This document shows, piece by piece, positions 37,211 to 47,257 of a stretch of 47,257 nt of DNA. A model generated the notes under the pieces. That model was not told the origin of the DNA, ran no database searches, and was given only the letters and a program-made list of their open reading frames with translations. Both the position numbers and the translations under genes were made by a program. Origin of the DNA: Thermoanaerobaculia bacterium (GTDB taxonomy: Bacteria; Acidobacteriota; Thermoanaerobaculia; Gp7-AA8); the NCBI GenBank assembly GCA_046590585.1, contig JBKJVD010000043.1, positions 1 through 47,257 of the forward strand, in the 5' to 3' direction. Positions within the stretch are counted from its first letter, which is position 1. Every line of letters starts with the position of its first letter.

Positions 37211-40200
37211 ATGCAGCTGATCCGTGTTCTGATCGTTGAAGATGATCGCAGCCAGCGAGCGCTGCTGGTCAGGCTGCTGACTCGTGCGATGGCACCGCGC
37301 GAAGTCGCGATCGATGAAGCCGATTCGATCGCCTCAGCCATCTCACGCTGCCGCGTCGGTGGTGAATGTTACGACGTCGTCCTGCTCGATCTCCAGCTGC
37401 CAGACAGCGAGGGGGCGAGGACATTCCGGACATTGCGCAACCTCGGGCTCGGCGCTGCTTTCCTCGTCGTCACGGCTTCGAGCGACGAGGATCTCGAACG
37501 CGAGCTGATCCGCGAGGGGGTGCAGGAGTATCTGGTGAAGGGAAGCTTCGATGAGCCCCTGCTGCGCCGCGCCGTCGACCACGCCATGGATCGTGAAACG
37601 TTACGTCGCGACCTGGAACGGAGCAGGGAGGAAGTGAAGGCTGGCGAACTGGCGTTCGAAGCTCAGTATCGCGGCGCCCCGATTCCGATTTACACCTTCG
37701 CGCATGAGCAGGGGCAATTCACACTGGTCGACTGTAACGACGAAGCGCTCGCAGCGACGGGTGGCGGAGCGCTCAACCTGTTGCGCCAGAATCTGGACGA
37801 ACTCCATCCGCCAGACAGCCTGATGGCGCGATCGATTCGCCAGGCGTTCTCGAGCAAAGAAGTCGTTCATGCGGAGATCGACTACCAGTTCCTCGCCATA
37901 GAGAAGAGGACGATCCTCGACGCCACATTTGCGTTTGTGCCGCCCCAGTTCGTCATGGTGTACGCCAAGGACATCGGCGTAGAGCGCGGGGCCATCGAAA
38001 AGCTCAAGACGAGCGAAGCCCGGTTTCGCTCGCAGTTCGAACAGAGTCTCATCCCGATGTTCGTCTGGTGCGCGATTGATGATGACTTCGAATTCGTCGA
38101 TTACAACGCAGCGGCGATTCCGCTGACGGGCAAGGATCCGAGATCGCTCCTGGGCGTGCGGGCCTCAGTGGCCCTGCGCGAAAGCCCCGAGCTGCTCGAG
38201 GCGATGGCGAAATGTTACAGAGTTGGGCGCCCGATTTCGCTCTCGGTCGAAGCGGTCATCGGTTCGCGTGGGCGGCGCATCGTCGACATCTCGGTCGGTG
38301 CGTTTGACGTGGACGGTCTGATTCTGCATGTGCAGGACATCACGGAAGTGGTCGAGGCCCAGCAGAAAATCGCCACGAGTGAACGCGACTATCGCGTCTT
38401 CTTCGAGGAGTCGCCGGCAGGGAAGCTGATCGTCTCCTCCGGAGGGCTCATCGTCGAGGCGAACGCTCAGATCACCCGGATTCTCGGATACGCGGCCGCG
38501 GAGCTCAAAGCAATGCCCTTTGCCGACCTGATGGCGAGAGGTCGAGCAACGGAGATGGGAGAGGACGCGCTGGCACGCCACGATGGCGAACTCCTCAGAA
38601 AGAACGGCACGTTCGCATCCGTCGAACTGTCGTCGAGTCGTCTGGACGACGGACGGCGTCTGATTGACGTACGCGATCTCAGTGACATTCGCGCCGCTAA
38701 GGCGCGCGAGACGTTCCAGGCGAATCTCCTGGCGAATGTCATCAACTCCATCGTGGCCACGGACACGCATGGGATCATCACCTACTGGAACCGGAGTGCC
38801 GAACGGCTCTTTGGCTGGACGGCGAATGAGGCCATTGGAAGGCAGATCACAGAGCTCCTGGTTCCTGACGATGCGCAGGAGATGACTCGGGAGCTGTTCG
38901 CGCGCTTGCCGCAACTGCGCAGGTTCGATGGCGAGATGCATGCGCTCCGTCGCGACGGCACGGACGTGCCGGTCTACGTCACGATCTCTACGGTCGCAGA
39001 CGCCGAGGGCAACCCGAGCGGTTACGTGGCCGTCTACTTCGATCTCTCCGATCTTCGCGCTGAGCAGGAGGCGCGTCGCAAGAACGAAACGCTGCTGTCG
39101 GCAGTGCTCGACGCCTTGCCGGTTGGCGTCTTCATCTTCGATCCGGACGGCGCGATCGTTCGATCGAACCCGGCCGCACGAGCGATCTGGGGAATCGAGG
39201 AGGCGGCCTGGCAGGGCAGCTATGGGGAGTTTCGCGCCTGGTGGCCACTCACGGGACGCGAACTCGGCGCCGACGAATGGCCGATGGTCCACACCCGGCG
39301 CGACGGGATTCCAATCCTCGACGTGGAACTGGAGATCGAGAGATTCGATCATCACCGGCGCGCCATCCTGAGCTCCACCTTCCCGATCCTGGGCGACGAA
39401 GGGAGGGTGGTGGCCGGCGTCGCAGTCAACCAGGACATCACCGATCAGCGGCTCACCGAAGAGAGCCTCCGCCGGAGTGAAGAGCTATTCCGTTCGCTGG
39501 TCGAGAATCTTTCGGAAGTGATCACGATCCTGGATGCCGAAGGAACGATTCTCTACGAGAGTTCATCCGTCACGACGGCCCTCGGCTACGACTCGTCGGA
39601 GTTGGTGGGGATCAACGTCACGGAACTGCTCCATCCAGGCGACGTAGAACGGATGCATGGACATCTTCGTGAGCAGATGAATTTTCGCAGCGAGGTCCAC
39701 TCGCTGACCATGGACCTGCGACACAAGGACGGCTCCTGGCGCACATTCGACATCAACACCCGGGGAGTGCGCGGCGATCAGTGGAACATCATCGCCACAT
39801 CGCGGGACGTCACGGAACGCAACGCGCTGGAGGAGCGGCTCCAGCAGATGGACCGGGTGAGCAGTCTCGGGCGCGTCGCCGCGAACGTGGCCCACGAAAT
39901 CAACAACGTCCTCATGGGCATCCAGCCGTTCGCGCAGCTGATCCAGCGGCGCGCCGCGGGCGACGCGGACCTGGAGCGAGCCTCCATTCAGATTGGCCGG
40001 GCATTGCAGCGAGGCAAGCGAGTGACCCAGGAAATCCTCAGGTTCACGCAGCCTGCCGAGCCGGAACTCGCAACCATTGACGTCCCGTCGCTTGTGGAGT
40101 CCTTTCGCGCGGAGGCACAGCATCTACTGGGAACGGCGATCGACTTCGTCGTGATCGTCGAAGGGGGTCCGCTCACGGTGGAAGCGGACGCAGACCAGCT

Positions 40201-40951
40201 GACCCAGGTGCTGACCAACCTGCTGCTCAACGCCCGGGACGCCATCGACGGAGCGGGCCATGTGACGGTGCTCTGCCGTCGCGATCGCGAGGTGATCGAT
40301 CCGCGTTCCCCCGATGGCAGTCGCGACATGGTGCACATCGAGGTCCGCGACAGCGGTCGAGGAATCCCGCAGGAGGTGACGGACAAGATTTTCGAGCCGC
40401 TCTTTACGACCAAGCCGCGGGGGACGGGTCTGGGACTTTCCGTCGTCCACCAGATTATCAAGACTCATGGAGGCGAGATTCACCTCGAGAGCCGGGAGAA
40501 GGTCGGAACGTCGTTCCACATCATGCTGCCGTCGGCCGCAGACGGGATAGTGGAAGAAGCGCCCACTCCGCGAGCTGCGGAACCCGAGTCAGAAGTCAGG
40601 CGTGTCCTGCTCGTCGAGGATGACCCGGTGGTGACCCTCGGGCTGAGCATGCTGCTCGAATCGGAAGGATTTTCGGTACAGACCGTCCTCACCGGCGGAG
40701 AAGCAGCACCGGAGATCGAACGCTTCCGTCCCGACATCGTCCTGCTCGACTACGGCCTGCCCGATATGACCGGAGTCGACGTCTTCAAGATCATCCGCGC
40801 ACGCTGGCCCGACCTGCCGGTGATTTTCTCGACCGGCCAGGGAGACCGCAACGCCCTGCGTGAGTCGATCGAGAGTGGTGGCGTGGGTTACCTGCTCAAG
40901 CCGTATGAGCTGAATCAGCTCCTCGACGAGATGCGACGCATCACCGAGTAG
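37211..40951 (+). CDS. Cytoplasmic hybrid histidine kinase (REC, ~6 PAS, HisKA-HATPase, REC)
   Basis: N-terminal LLDLQLPD receiver, repeated PAS S-boxes, AHEINN, NLLLNARDA, DSGRGI, FEPLFTTK, GTGLGL and a C-terminal receiver. No TM helix. Confidence 0.93.
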   Translation: MQLIRVLIVEDDRSQRALLVRLLTRAMAPREVAIDEADSIASAISRCRVGGECYDVVLLDLQLPDSEGARTFRTLRNLGLGAAFLVVTASSDEDLERELIREGVQEYLVKGSFDEPLLRRAVDHAMDRETLRRDLERSREEVKAGELAFEAQYRGAPIPIYTFAHEQGQFTLVDCNDEALAATGGGALNLLRQNLDELHPPDSLMARSIRQAFSSKEVVHAEIDYQFLAIEKRTILDATFAFVPPQFVMVYAKDIGVERGAIEKLKTSEARFRSQFEQSLIPMFVWCAIDDDFEFVDYNAAAIPLTGKDPRSLLGVRASVALRESPELLEAMAKCYRVGRPISLSVEAVIGSRGRRIVDISVGAFDVDGLILHVQDITEVVEAQQKIATSERDYRVFFEESPAGKLIVSSGGLIVEANAQITRILGYAAAELKAMPFADLMARGRATEMGEDALARHDGELLRKNGTFASVELSSSRLDDGRRLIDVRDLSDIRAAKARETFQANLLANVINSIVATDTHGIITYWNRSAERLFGWTANEAIGRQITELLVPDDAQEMTRELFARLPQLRRFDGEMHALRRDGTDVPVYVTISTVADAEGNPSGYVAVYFDLSDLRAEQEARRKNETLLSAVLDALPVGVFIFDPDGAIVRSNPAARAIWGIEEAAWQGSYGEFRAWWPLTGRELGADEWPMVHTRRDGIPILDVELEIERFDHHRRAILSSTFPILGDEGRVVAGVAVNQDITDQRLTEESLRRSEELFRSLVENLSEVITILDAEGTILYESSSVTTALGYDSSELVGINVTELLHPGDVERMHGHLREQMNFRSEVHSLTMDLRHKDGSWRTFDINTRGVRGDQWNIIATSRDVTERNALEERLQQMDRVSSLGRVAANVAHEINNVLMGIQPFAQLIQRRAAGDADLERASIQIGRALQRGKRVTQEILRFTQPAEPELATIDVPSLVESFRAEAQHLLGTAIDFVVIVEGGPLTVEADADQLTQVLTNLLLNARDAIDGAGHVTVLCRRDREVIDPRSPDGSRDMVHIEVRDSGRGIPQEVTDKIFEPLFTTKPRGTGLGLSVVHQIIKTHGGEIHLESREKVGTSFHIMLPSAADGIVEEAPTPRAAEPESEVRRVLLVEDDPVVTLGLSMLLESEGFSVQTVLTGGEAAPEIERFRPDIVLLDYGLPDMTGVDVFKIIRARWPDLPVIFSTGQGDRNALRESIESGGVGYLLKPYELNQLLDEMRRITE

Positions 40952-40988
40952 GTGGAACCCGCCACGCGAGTACGGCCATAATCACGGC

Positions 40989-42416
40989 TTGCATCCGCTC
41001 GATCTCACCATCATCGCCGGTTATCTCGCGGCGGTAGTCGGAGCCGGCTTCTGGTTCGGGCGCCGGCAGAAGACGACGACTCAGTACTTCACGGCCGGGC
41101 ACGCGGTGCCGTGGTGGGCGATCGCGGCATCGATCGTGGCGACGGAGACGTCGACCATCACGTTCATTTCGGTGCCTGGCATCGCATGGGCCGCGGGCGG
41201 CGACTTCCGCTTCCTTCAACTGGTGGCGGGTTACATGGTGGCGCGGGTGATCATTGCCGCGTTCTTCATGCGCTGGTACTTCCGCGGCGACCTGGTCACG
41301 GTCTACGAACTGCTGCGAACCCGCTTCGGGAACGGAGTGAAGGCGCTCGCTGCGTCGCTGTTCGTCGTGATGCGGACCATTGCCGACGGCGTTCGCCTCC
41401 TGCTGACGGCGTACGTCCTGGCGGCTGTGTTCCGGAGCATCGGCCTGCCGGGAGTGGGAGTACCGGAAGCGATCATCGGACTCGGGCTGGTGATGATCGT
41501 CTTCACGCTGGTCGGTGGAATCGAGGCGATCGTCTGGATCGAAGTCGCGCAACTCGTGATCTACGTGGGAGGCGCGCTCGCCGCTGCCGCGGTGCTGATC
41601 GGGAACGTGGGATTCGCGCACGCAATCGCGGTGGGGTCGGCAGCGCACAAGTTCCGCCTCTTCGATTTCTCGTTCGACGTCACGCGCAATTTCACCTTCT
41701 GGTCCGGCTTGATCGGCGGCACGTTCCTCACACTCTCGACGCACGGAACCGATCAGTACCTCGTGCAGCGGTATCTCTGCACCGACCGCCCCGGCAGTGC
41801 GTCGAAGGCCCTACTCGCCTCAGGAGTCGCAGTGCTGCTCCAGTTCACCGGGTTTCTGTTCATCGGCGTGCTGCTGTTCGCGTTCTACGGCAATGCCGCT
41901 CCCGTCACGGCTTCGGATCAGGTCTTTCCACACTTCATCGCCAATCATTTGCCCACGGGATTGTCAGGGCTGGTCGTGGCGGCCATCCTGGCCGCCGCAC
42001 TCTCATCGTCGCTCAATTCGATCGCGGCGACCGTGATCGCGGATCTTTACCGGCCATTCACGAGGCGTCATAGCGATCGACGCGACCTCGTGCTCTCACG
42101 GGTCATTACCGTGATCGCTGGGGTGGCGCAGATCGTGGTCGGTCTTCTGCTGCAGTCCCAGCAGCGCTCAGCGCTGAGCACAGCGCTCTCCGTCGCCGCG
42201 CTGATCAACGGTCCCATTCTCGGCGTGTTCTTCCTCGCATTTCTGAAACGGGCCGGCTCGCACGCCGCACTCGCCGGGATGAGTGCGGGCATGGCGGTCG
42301 TCGCGTGGGTCGCCTTCGCAACTCCCGTGGCCTGGCCGTGGTACACGATGATCGGTTCGCTGACGACCCTGGCCGCCGGGTCAACGGTGGCGGCGATGAA
42401 GAGGCAGGCGGCGTGA
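40989..42416 (+). CDS. Sodium:solute symporter (SSS) family transporter
   Basis: YFTAGHAVPWWAIAASIVATETSTITF, GTDQYLVQRYL, AALSSSLNS. Confidence 0.92.
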   Translation: MHPLDLTIIAGYLAAVVGAGFWFGRRQKTTTQYFTAGHAVPWWAIAASIVATETSTITFISVPGIAWAAGGDFRFLQLVAGYMVARVIIAAFFMRWYFRGDLVTVYELLRTRFGNGVKALAASLFVVMRTIADGVRLLLTAYVLAAVFRSIGLPGVGVPEAIIGLGLVMIVFTLVGGIEAIVWIEVAQLVIYVGGALAAAAVLIGNVGFAHAIAVGSAAHKFRLFDFSFDVTRNFTFWSGLIGGTFLTLSTHGTDQYLVQRYLCTDRPGSASKALLASGVAVLLQFTGFLFIGVLLFAFYGNAAPVTASDQVFPHFIANHLPTGLSGLVVAAILAAALSSSLNSIAATVIADLYRPFTRRHSDRRDLVLSRVITVIAGVAQIVVGLLLQSQQRSALSTALSVAALINGPILGVFFLAFLKRAGSHAALAGMSAGMAVVAWVAFATPVAWPWYTMIGSLTTLAAGSTVAAMKRQAA

Positions 42417-42463
42417 GGTCCGACCGGAGATTTCCCGGATCGTGCCGCCCGGAGGGCCGGGCC

Positions 42464-44779
42464 ATGGAGCGGCGACAGCGTTGGGTGAGCCTGAATGTTG
42501 TTTTGATTTTCGTCGCCCTCGTTTCGACTTCCTGTGCGAGTTCGTTCCATTCGAATCGTCTTCGTGAGATCGACGCAGCGGTCACCAGCGCCATCGCTCA
42601 CAGGAAGCTGCCCGGCGGGGTGATCTGGATCGAGCGGCGCGGTTCGGTTTACGCACGGGCCTATGGCAACCGGGCGGAGGTGCCCGCGGTGGAGCGCATG
42701 ACCGTGGATACGGTCTTTGACGCCGCTTCGATCACGAAAGTGGTCGCCACCGCTCCTTCGATCTGGCTGCTGATTCAGGACGGGCGGATCGGACTCGACG
42801 TTCCGGCGCGCAGCTATCTTCCCGAGATGGCGGATGATCGAATCACGATCCGTCACCTGCTGACTCACACCTCTGGTCTGGCCGCGGGACTGGAACGAAC
42901 TCCGGAATGGAACGGCTACAAGGGCGGGATAGCGCGCGCGGCCGCGCAACTGCCGCGCAGCGCGCCTGGCGCGGTCTTCCGCTACAGCGACATCAACTTC
43001 ATCCTGCTTGGCGAGATCGTGGCCCGCGTCTCCGGTGAGTCCCTCGATCGATTTGCTTCCCGTCGCATTTTCCAGCCGCTCGGCATGCGCGACACCGGCT
43101 TTCGTCCTGTGGGACTCGAGCCCCAGGTGCCGGTTCCACCCGGGCGGATCGCGCCGACCGAGTTGACACGTGAGGGAATGCTCCGAGGAGTCGTTCACGA
43201 TCCAACCGCCCGGGCCATGGGAGGGGTAGCCGGGCATGCCGGTCTCTTCACCACTGCCGCGGATCTGGCCCGATTTGCGCGAACGCTGCTGGACCAAACG
43301 ATGTTTCCCCGCGAGATGACTGAGGTCGTCTCACCGCCTGGCGTGGTGAACCTGCGTGCCGGAGGATTCGACATCGACTCCGGTCACAGCCGCCCACGGG
43401 GTGACCATTTCCCGATTGGATCGTTTGGTCACACCGGCTACACCGGCGGCTTCTTCTGGATCGATCCGCAAAGCCGCAGCTTCTACATCTTCCTGTCGAA
43501 CCGCGTACACCCGGACGGCCGTGGCAGCGTCCTGGCGTTGCAGCGGGAACTGGGAACGCTGGTGGCCGAATCTCTGCGTGGCGCCAGCTTCTGCGGACGG
43601 AGACTGGCAGCGACGGGCGCGGTCGAACCGGCATGCCCTCCACGCCGGGTGCGCTGGGTCACGGGCGGCGCCGATGTCGAGAACGGGATCGACGTACTGC
43701 ACGCCGGCCGTTACGAAGCATTGCGCGGCATGCGTGTCGGGTTAGTCACGAACCAGAGCGCCACCGATCGCTCTGGCAATCCCACCATCGATGTTCTTCG
43801 CAGCGCGCCCGGCGTGACGCTCGTATCGCTGTTCAGTCCCGAGCATGGAATCCGCGGGATCGACGATGACAAAGTCGGCGACTCAAAGGATCTGCTGACC
43901 GGCCTTCCCATCTACAGCCTCTACGGCGAGCGCCGCCAGCCGTCACCCGGGCAACTGGCCGGGCTCGACGCCCTCGTCTTCGACATCCAGGACATCGGCA
44001 CCCGCTTCTACACCTACATCTCCACGATGGGGATGGCCATGGAGGCGGCCGCCGACGCAAAAATAAGGTTCGTGGTGCTCGACCGTGTCAATCCAATCGG
44101 CGGCACAGTCGTGGAGGGACCGCTGCTGGAAGGGAAGCACGACTTCACGGGATGGCACGACCTGCCGGTCCGTCACGCCATGACGGTCGGCGAACTGGCC
44201 ACGATGTTCCGCGACGAGAGAAAGATCGACGTCGACCTGACAGTCATCCCGGTTCGCGGTTGGAAGCGGGAACAGTGGCAGGATGATGCGGGGCTGCCCT
44301 GGGTCAATCCTTCGCCGAATATGCGCTCGCTCGACGCTGCCGCGCTCTACCCCGGCATCGGTCTCCTCGAGCGCGCCATCTCGGTGGGCCGCGGCACCGC
44401 CACGCCGTTCGAAGTCCTTGGCGCGCCCTACATCGATGGCCCATCGCTGGTCGAGGCGCTGCCAGCGACTCCGGGTGTGCAACTGACGCCGGTTCATTTC
44501 ACCCCGACGGCAAGCATCCACAAGGGACAGATGTGCGGCGGCGTCCGGATCACGATTGTCGACCGGCATGCGCTTCGATCGGTCGATCTCGCCATCGTCA
44601 TCGCGTCAGCCTTGACTCGCCTCTATCCGGCACAGTTTCCCCTCGAACAGCTGCAGCCACTGCTCAGGCACGAGGCAACCCTCGAAGCGATCCGCAAGGG
44701 GAAAGGGCTCGATGAAATCCGGAAGCTCTGGGACCTCGAGGCGTTCGAAACGCGACGGCGGCGATTTCTCCGGTACTAG
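42464..44779 (+). CDS. Serine hydrolase (beta-lactamase fold) fused to NamZ/DUF1343 exo-beta-N-acetylmuramidase, likely a lipoprotein
   Basis: SITK, YSD and GHTG motifs, then GLVTNQS, FSPEHG, DIQDIGTRFYTY, PSPNM. Lipoprotein-type signal ending STSC. GGAGGG RBS. Confidence 0.9.
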   Translation: MERRQRWVSLNVVLIFVALVSTSCASSFHSNRLREIDAAVTSAIAHRKLPGGVIWIERRGSVYARAYGNRAEVPAVERMTVDTVFDAASITKVVATAPSIWLLIQDGRIGLDVPARSYLPEMADDRITIRHLLTHTSGLAAGLERTPEWNGYKGGIARAAAQLPRSAPGAVFRYSDINFILLGEIVARVSGESLDRFASRRIFQPLGMRDTGFRPVGLEPQVPVPPGRIAPTELTREGMLRGVVHDPTARAMGGVAGHAGLFTTAADLARFARTLLDQTMFPREMTEVVSPPGVVNLRAGGFDIDSGHSRPRGDHFPIGSFGHTGYTGGFFWIDPQSRSFYIFLSNRVHPDGRGSVLALQRELGTLVAESLRGASFCGRRLAATGAVEPACPPRRVRWVTGGADVENGIDVLHAGRYEALRGMRVGLVTNQSATDRSGNPTIDVLRSAPGVTLVSLFSPEHGIRGIDDDKVGDSKDLLTGLPIYSLYGERRQPSPGQLAGLDALVFDIQDIGTRFYTYISTMGMAMEAAADAKIRFVVLDRVNPIGGTVVEGPLLEGKHDFTGWHDLPVRHAMTVGELATMFRDERKIDVDLTVIPVRGWKREQWQDDAGLPWVNPSPNMRSLDAAALYPGIGLLERAISVGRGTATPFEVLGAPYIDGPSLVEALPATPGVQLTPVHFTPTASIHKGQMCGGVRITIVDRHALRSVDLAIVIASALTRLYPAQFPLEQLQPLLRHEATLEAIRKGKGLDEIRKLWDLEAFETRRRRFLRY

Positions 44780-44787
44780 CGCGCTAA

Positions 44788-44925
44788 CACCGGCTTCCAA
44801 GAAACTCACAGTACTTATGCGGGTTGGCTGACGATAGGCTCTCTCGCTCCGAGGGCACTCCTATCTTCCTTCTCCCCGGTGGGAGAAGGGACACAGCTTG
44901 CGCGGCTCCGGCTCCAGTTTCTTAC
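44788..44925 (+). repeat. Intergenic element with terminus related to 21972-22009 and a REP-like hairpin
   Basis: 44788-44825 matches the reverse complement of 21972-22009 at 31/38. Hairpin CCTTCTCCC-CGGT-GGGAGAAGG at 44868-44889. Confidence 0.6.
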
Positions 44926-44955
44926 CCCAGTTGCCGCGAAGCGCGGTTCATTGGT

Positions 44956-46947
44956 TCAGAACGTAAAATCGTACGACAGCGTGATTGCCCTGGCAGGAAG
45001 GCGGTAGTACTGCGCGTCCCCGAGTTCGCTTTCGGCGACCGCGTCGCGGCGGCCGGTGAGATTCTCGCCATCCAGGCGAAGTTCGCCGCGGCCGACGTGC
45101 ATTGCCGCGCCGGCCGACCAGGTCGTGAATGCTGCGGCGGGCGCGGTGTTGCGCTTATTCAGGTACCGCTCGCCCGTGTAGTTCAAGGCGGAGTGAACGC
45201 TCCAGCGGGAAGAAGGTGCGTAACTCGTGCCGAGGGCGAGCGAGTGAAGCGGGGACATTTCAAATCGGTGGCCGGCCAGCTGCGTCAGGATACCGCCGAA
45301 CGCCTGCTCGAAATCGCGGAAGCGTGCGTCGTGGTAGGCGTAAGCGAGATTAGCGCCGAGGGCCGGGGTGATGCGTGTGCCCAACTCGAACTCGGCACCG
45401 TCGACCCGAATCGTGCCGCCGTTCACGAGTTGTGGCTGGCCGTTGACTGCGGAAGGTACGAGAAGGTTGGTGAGGTCGTTGCGAAAGACGGTCGCCTGCC
45501 AGTTCGAAGCAGTCCCGAACGATCCCTTCGCACCCGCCTCGATGCTCTTTCCGCTTTCAGGGCGAAGCAGTTCGCCATCCGACTCCGGACCAAAATCGAA
45601 CGCCGCCGGCTTGAACGTGTTGCGGGCGTTCGCAAAGATTGCGAGCCGGGCCGGGATGGCCTGCCAGGTCGCGCCAAGGCTTCCCGAGCCGCGAGTCACT
45701 GTGCTTTGGTCTCGGGGTTCGTCCGAGGTCTTCGTTTCATCCGTGTGATTCAGGCGCAAGCCGGCGTCAATCCGGATCGAAGGAGCCGGTGTCCATTCTG
45801 TCTGGGCGTACAGACCGGAGAAGTTGCGCTTCTCCGTGATGTCGGAGTCGCCGGTTGGCGTCTCGGTACTGCCTCCGGCGACATAGTCGAAGCGGTCGCT
45901 CCGGGCGTGGCCGTTTCCGTAGAGGTGATCGACTCCGACGATCGTCCGGAACGTGGTGCCGGATAGAAATACGCGGTGCGCATCGAAATAGGCGTCGGTA
46001 ATTGAACGGTCCTGGTTGAAGCCGGATGCGGCTCCGGAACTGATGTTGTCGAGGAATCCGCGGCGGATGTCGTACTGGCTCCGCGCGATCGAGACGGTCG
46101 TGGACCATGACGGCCTCTCGAATCCGATGACGGCCCGGAGCGTGTCCTGGTCGAGCTTTGCACCGGCCGGGTTGTGATTCGCATCGAGCGCGACGCGCGG
46201 GGAGAGGGCGCGGCCTTCTCGCGGATGGGGGCTGGATGGGGACTGCTGAAGGCGAAGGGCGTCGAAATCGAAGCGCAGCGTTCCCTGGAAGAAAGTCATT
46301 GCACCGCGGTAGAGCAGATGTGCCCGATTCAAGCCGCTCTTCTCATCTGCGAAGCCGCGTCGTGCGTAGCTGGCGGTGACGGAGTGACGCAAATCTTCCC
46401 GCTGCGCGAGCGGAAGCGAAGCCGTGATGCTGCCGCTGTTGTCAGTCCCCACCGAAACTTTCCCGCGCGCAGCGGAACCCGGCTGGCGGTGGATGACGTG
46501 AATCACCCCGGTGAACGACGTCGCGCCGTACATCACAGGCGCGGAGCCACGCACGACCTCGATACGTTCCACGTCGTCCAGATCGACGGCGGTGACATCG
46601 GGATTGAATGCGCCTCCCCAGGGCACGCCGTCGACGACGAGCAGGAACGCATCTGCTTCACGGATTCCCCACATCTCCGGCACGCTGCCAGCGGGACCGC
46701 TGTCGCCGCCCGCGATGACCGTGACACCGGCCACGAAGCGAAGCGCCGAGGCGAGGTCGTGTGCGCCGCGGGCTCGAAGTTCATCCCCTTCGATGATGGT
46801 GATCGAGGCCGGGACGGCCTGAACGTCTTCCGCAATTTTCGTCGCCGTGACTTCGATCGACACCTGTGCCGGAGGAACCGTCTGGGCGCGGGAGGAAGTG
46901 CCGGCAAGAGCCAGCACGAGTAGGAAACGCGATGAGAGGTTGGTCAT
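44956..46947 (-). CDS. TonB-dependent outer-membrane receptor
   Basis: Signal peptide, TonB box SIEVTATK, plug motif LVVDGVP...VERIEVVRGSAPVMYG and C-terminal ENLT...LSYDFTF. Confidence 0.93.
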   Translation of the reverse strand: MTNLSSRFLLVLALAGTSSRAQTVPPAQVSIEVTATKIAEDVQAVPASITIIEGDELRARGAHDLASALRFVAGVTVIAGGDSGPAGSVPEMWGIREADAFLLVVDGVPWGGAFNPDVTAVDLDDVERIEVVRGSAPVMYGATSFTGVIHVIHRQPGSAARGKVSVGTDNSGSITASLPLAQREDLRHSVTASYARRGFADEKSGLNRAHLLYRGAMTFFQGTLRFDFDALRLQQSPSSPHPREGRALSPRVALDANHNPAGAKLDQDTLRAVIGFERPSWSTTVSIARSQYDIRRGFLDNISSGAASGFNQDRSITDAYFDAHRVFLSGTTFRTIVGVDHLYGNGHARSDRFDYVAGGSTETPTGDSDITEKRNFSGLYAQTEWTPAPSIRIDAGLRLNHTDETKTSDEPRDQSTVTRGSGSLGATWQAIPARLAIFANARNTFKPAAFDFGPESDGELLRPESGKSIEAGAKGSFGTASNWQATVFRNDLTNLLVPSAVNGQPQLVNGGTIRVDGAEFELGTRITPALGANLAYAYHDARFRDFEQAFGGILTQLAGHRFEMSPLHSLALGTSYAPSSRWSVHSALNYTGERYLNKRNTAPAAAFTTWSAGAAMHVGRGELRLDGENLTGRRDAVAESELGDAQYYRLPARAITLSYDFTF

Positions 46948-47164
46948 GGTCACTTTCCATTCGACGCTCGGGCAGTCGATCGGAATCGGAAGATTGATGC
47001 GGCTCGTGTACGCCGCCCGGGAAGATACCTGATCAAAGCCTGCGATATTCCGCTGCGAATACGAGAGCGAAGACCAGGAGCGGGTCATCGGTGACGTGAT
47101 GAGAACGCAACTTGGTGGTTCGAGGAACGAGTCGACCCCCAATTCTGAGAAACTAGAAACTAGG

Positions 47165-47204
47165 ACCTTCCGGGAATTCAGTGGGTGAATCGAGCCAAGA
47201 AACT
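47165..47204 (+). repeat. Direct copy of element segment 21713-21752
   Basis: 33/40 identity (ACCTTC...TTCAGTGGGTGAA.CGAG...GAAACT). Confidence 0.7.
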
Positions 47205-47257
47205 GGCACTGTCAGGCTGAGTCGGCGGAGTGCGCCCTCGCAGCCTCATCGCGAGGG

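Noticed and set aside
46948-47142. 65-codon N-terminal extension of the TonB-dependent receptor
   Set aside because: The signal peptide begins at ATG 46947 with an RBS-like GGAAAG, so the extension is likely non-coding.

Overview
GC-rich bacterial chromosome segment, mostly core and envelope genes. The gene content (Ser/Thr kinase with beta-propeller, serine hydrolase-NamZ fusion, TonB-C proteins) suggests Acidobacteriota, which is an inference. It holds tRNA-Gly(GCC), yraN-family, mutL, BON/Omp85-like/OmpA/SpoIID envelope genes, pyrR-pyrB-pyrC, a PilT-family ATPase, queF, ribD-ribE, a Do/HtrA protease, pfkA, ArnT-like plus AsnB-like genes, a hybrid histidine kinase, an SSS transporter and a TonB-dependent receptor. 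I saw no CRISPR array, integrase or transposase. The most notable signals are: (1) an FHA gene whose natural continuation lies in the -1 frame, opening exactly at an A9 run, a candidate slippage/frameshift site; (2) an apparently catalytically dead radical-SAM-like plus PolX-HhH-like fusion coupled to the riboflavin genes; (3) intergenic inverted heptamer-repeat elements; (4) a second dispersed REP/MITE-like family; (5) recurrent leaderless-type -10 boxes; (6) sigma54-type motifs ahead of stress and envelope genes. All family assignments come from motif recognition by eye, with no database searches.
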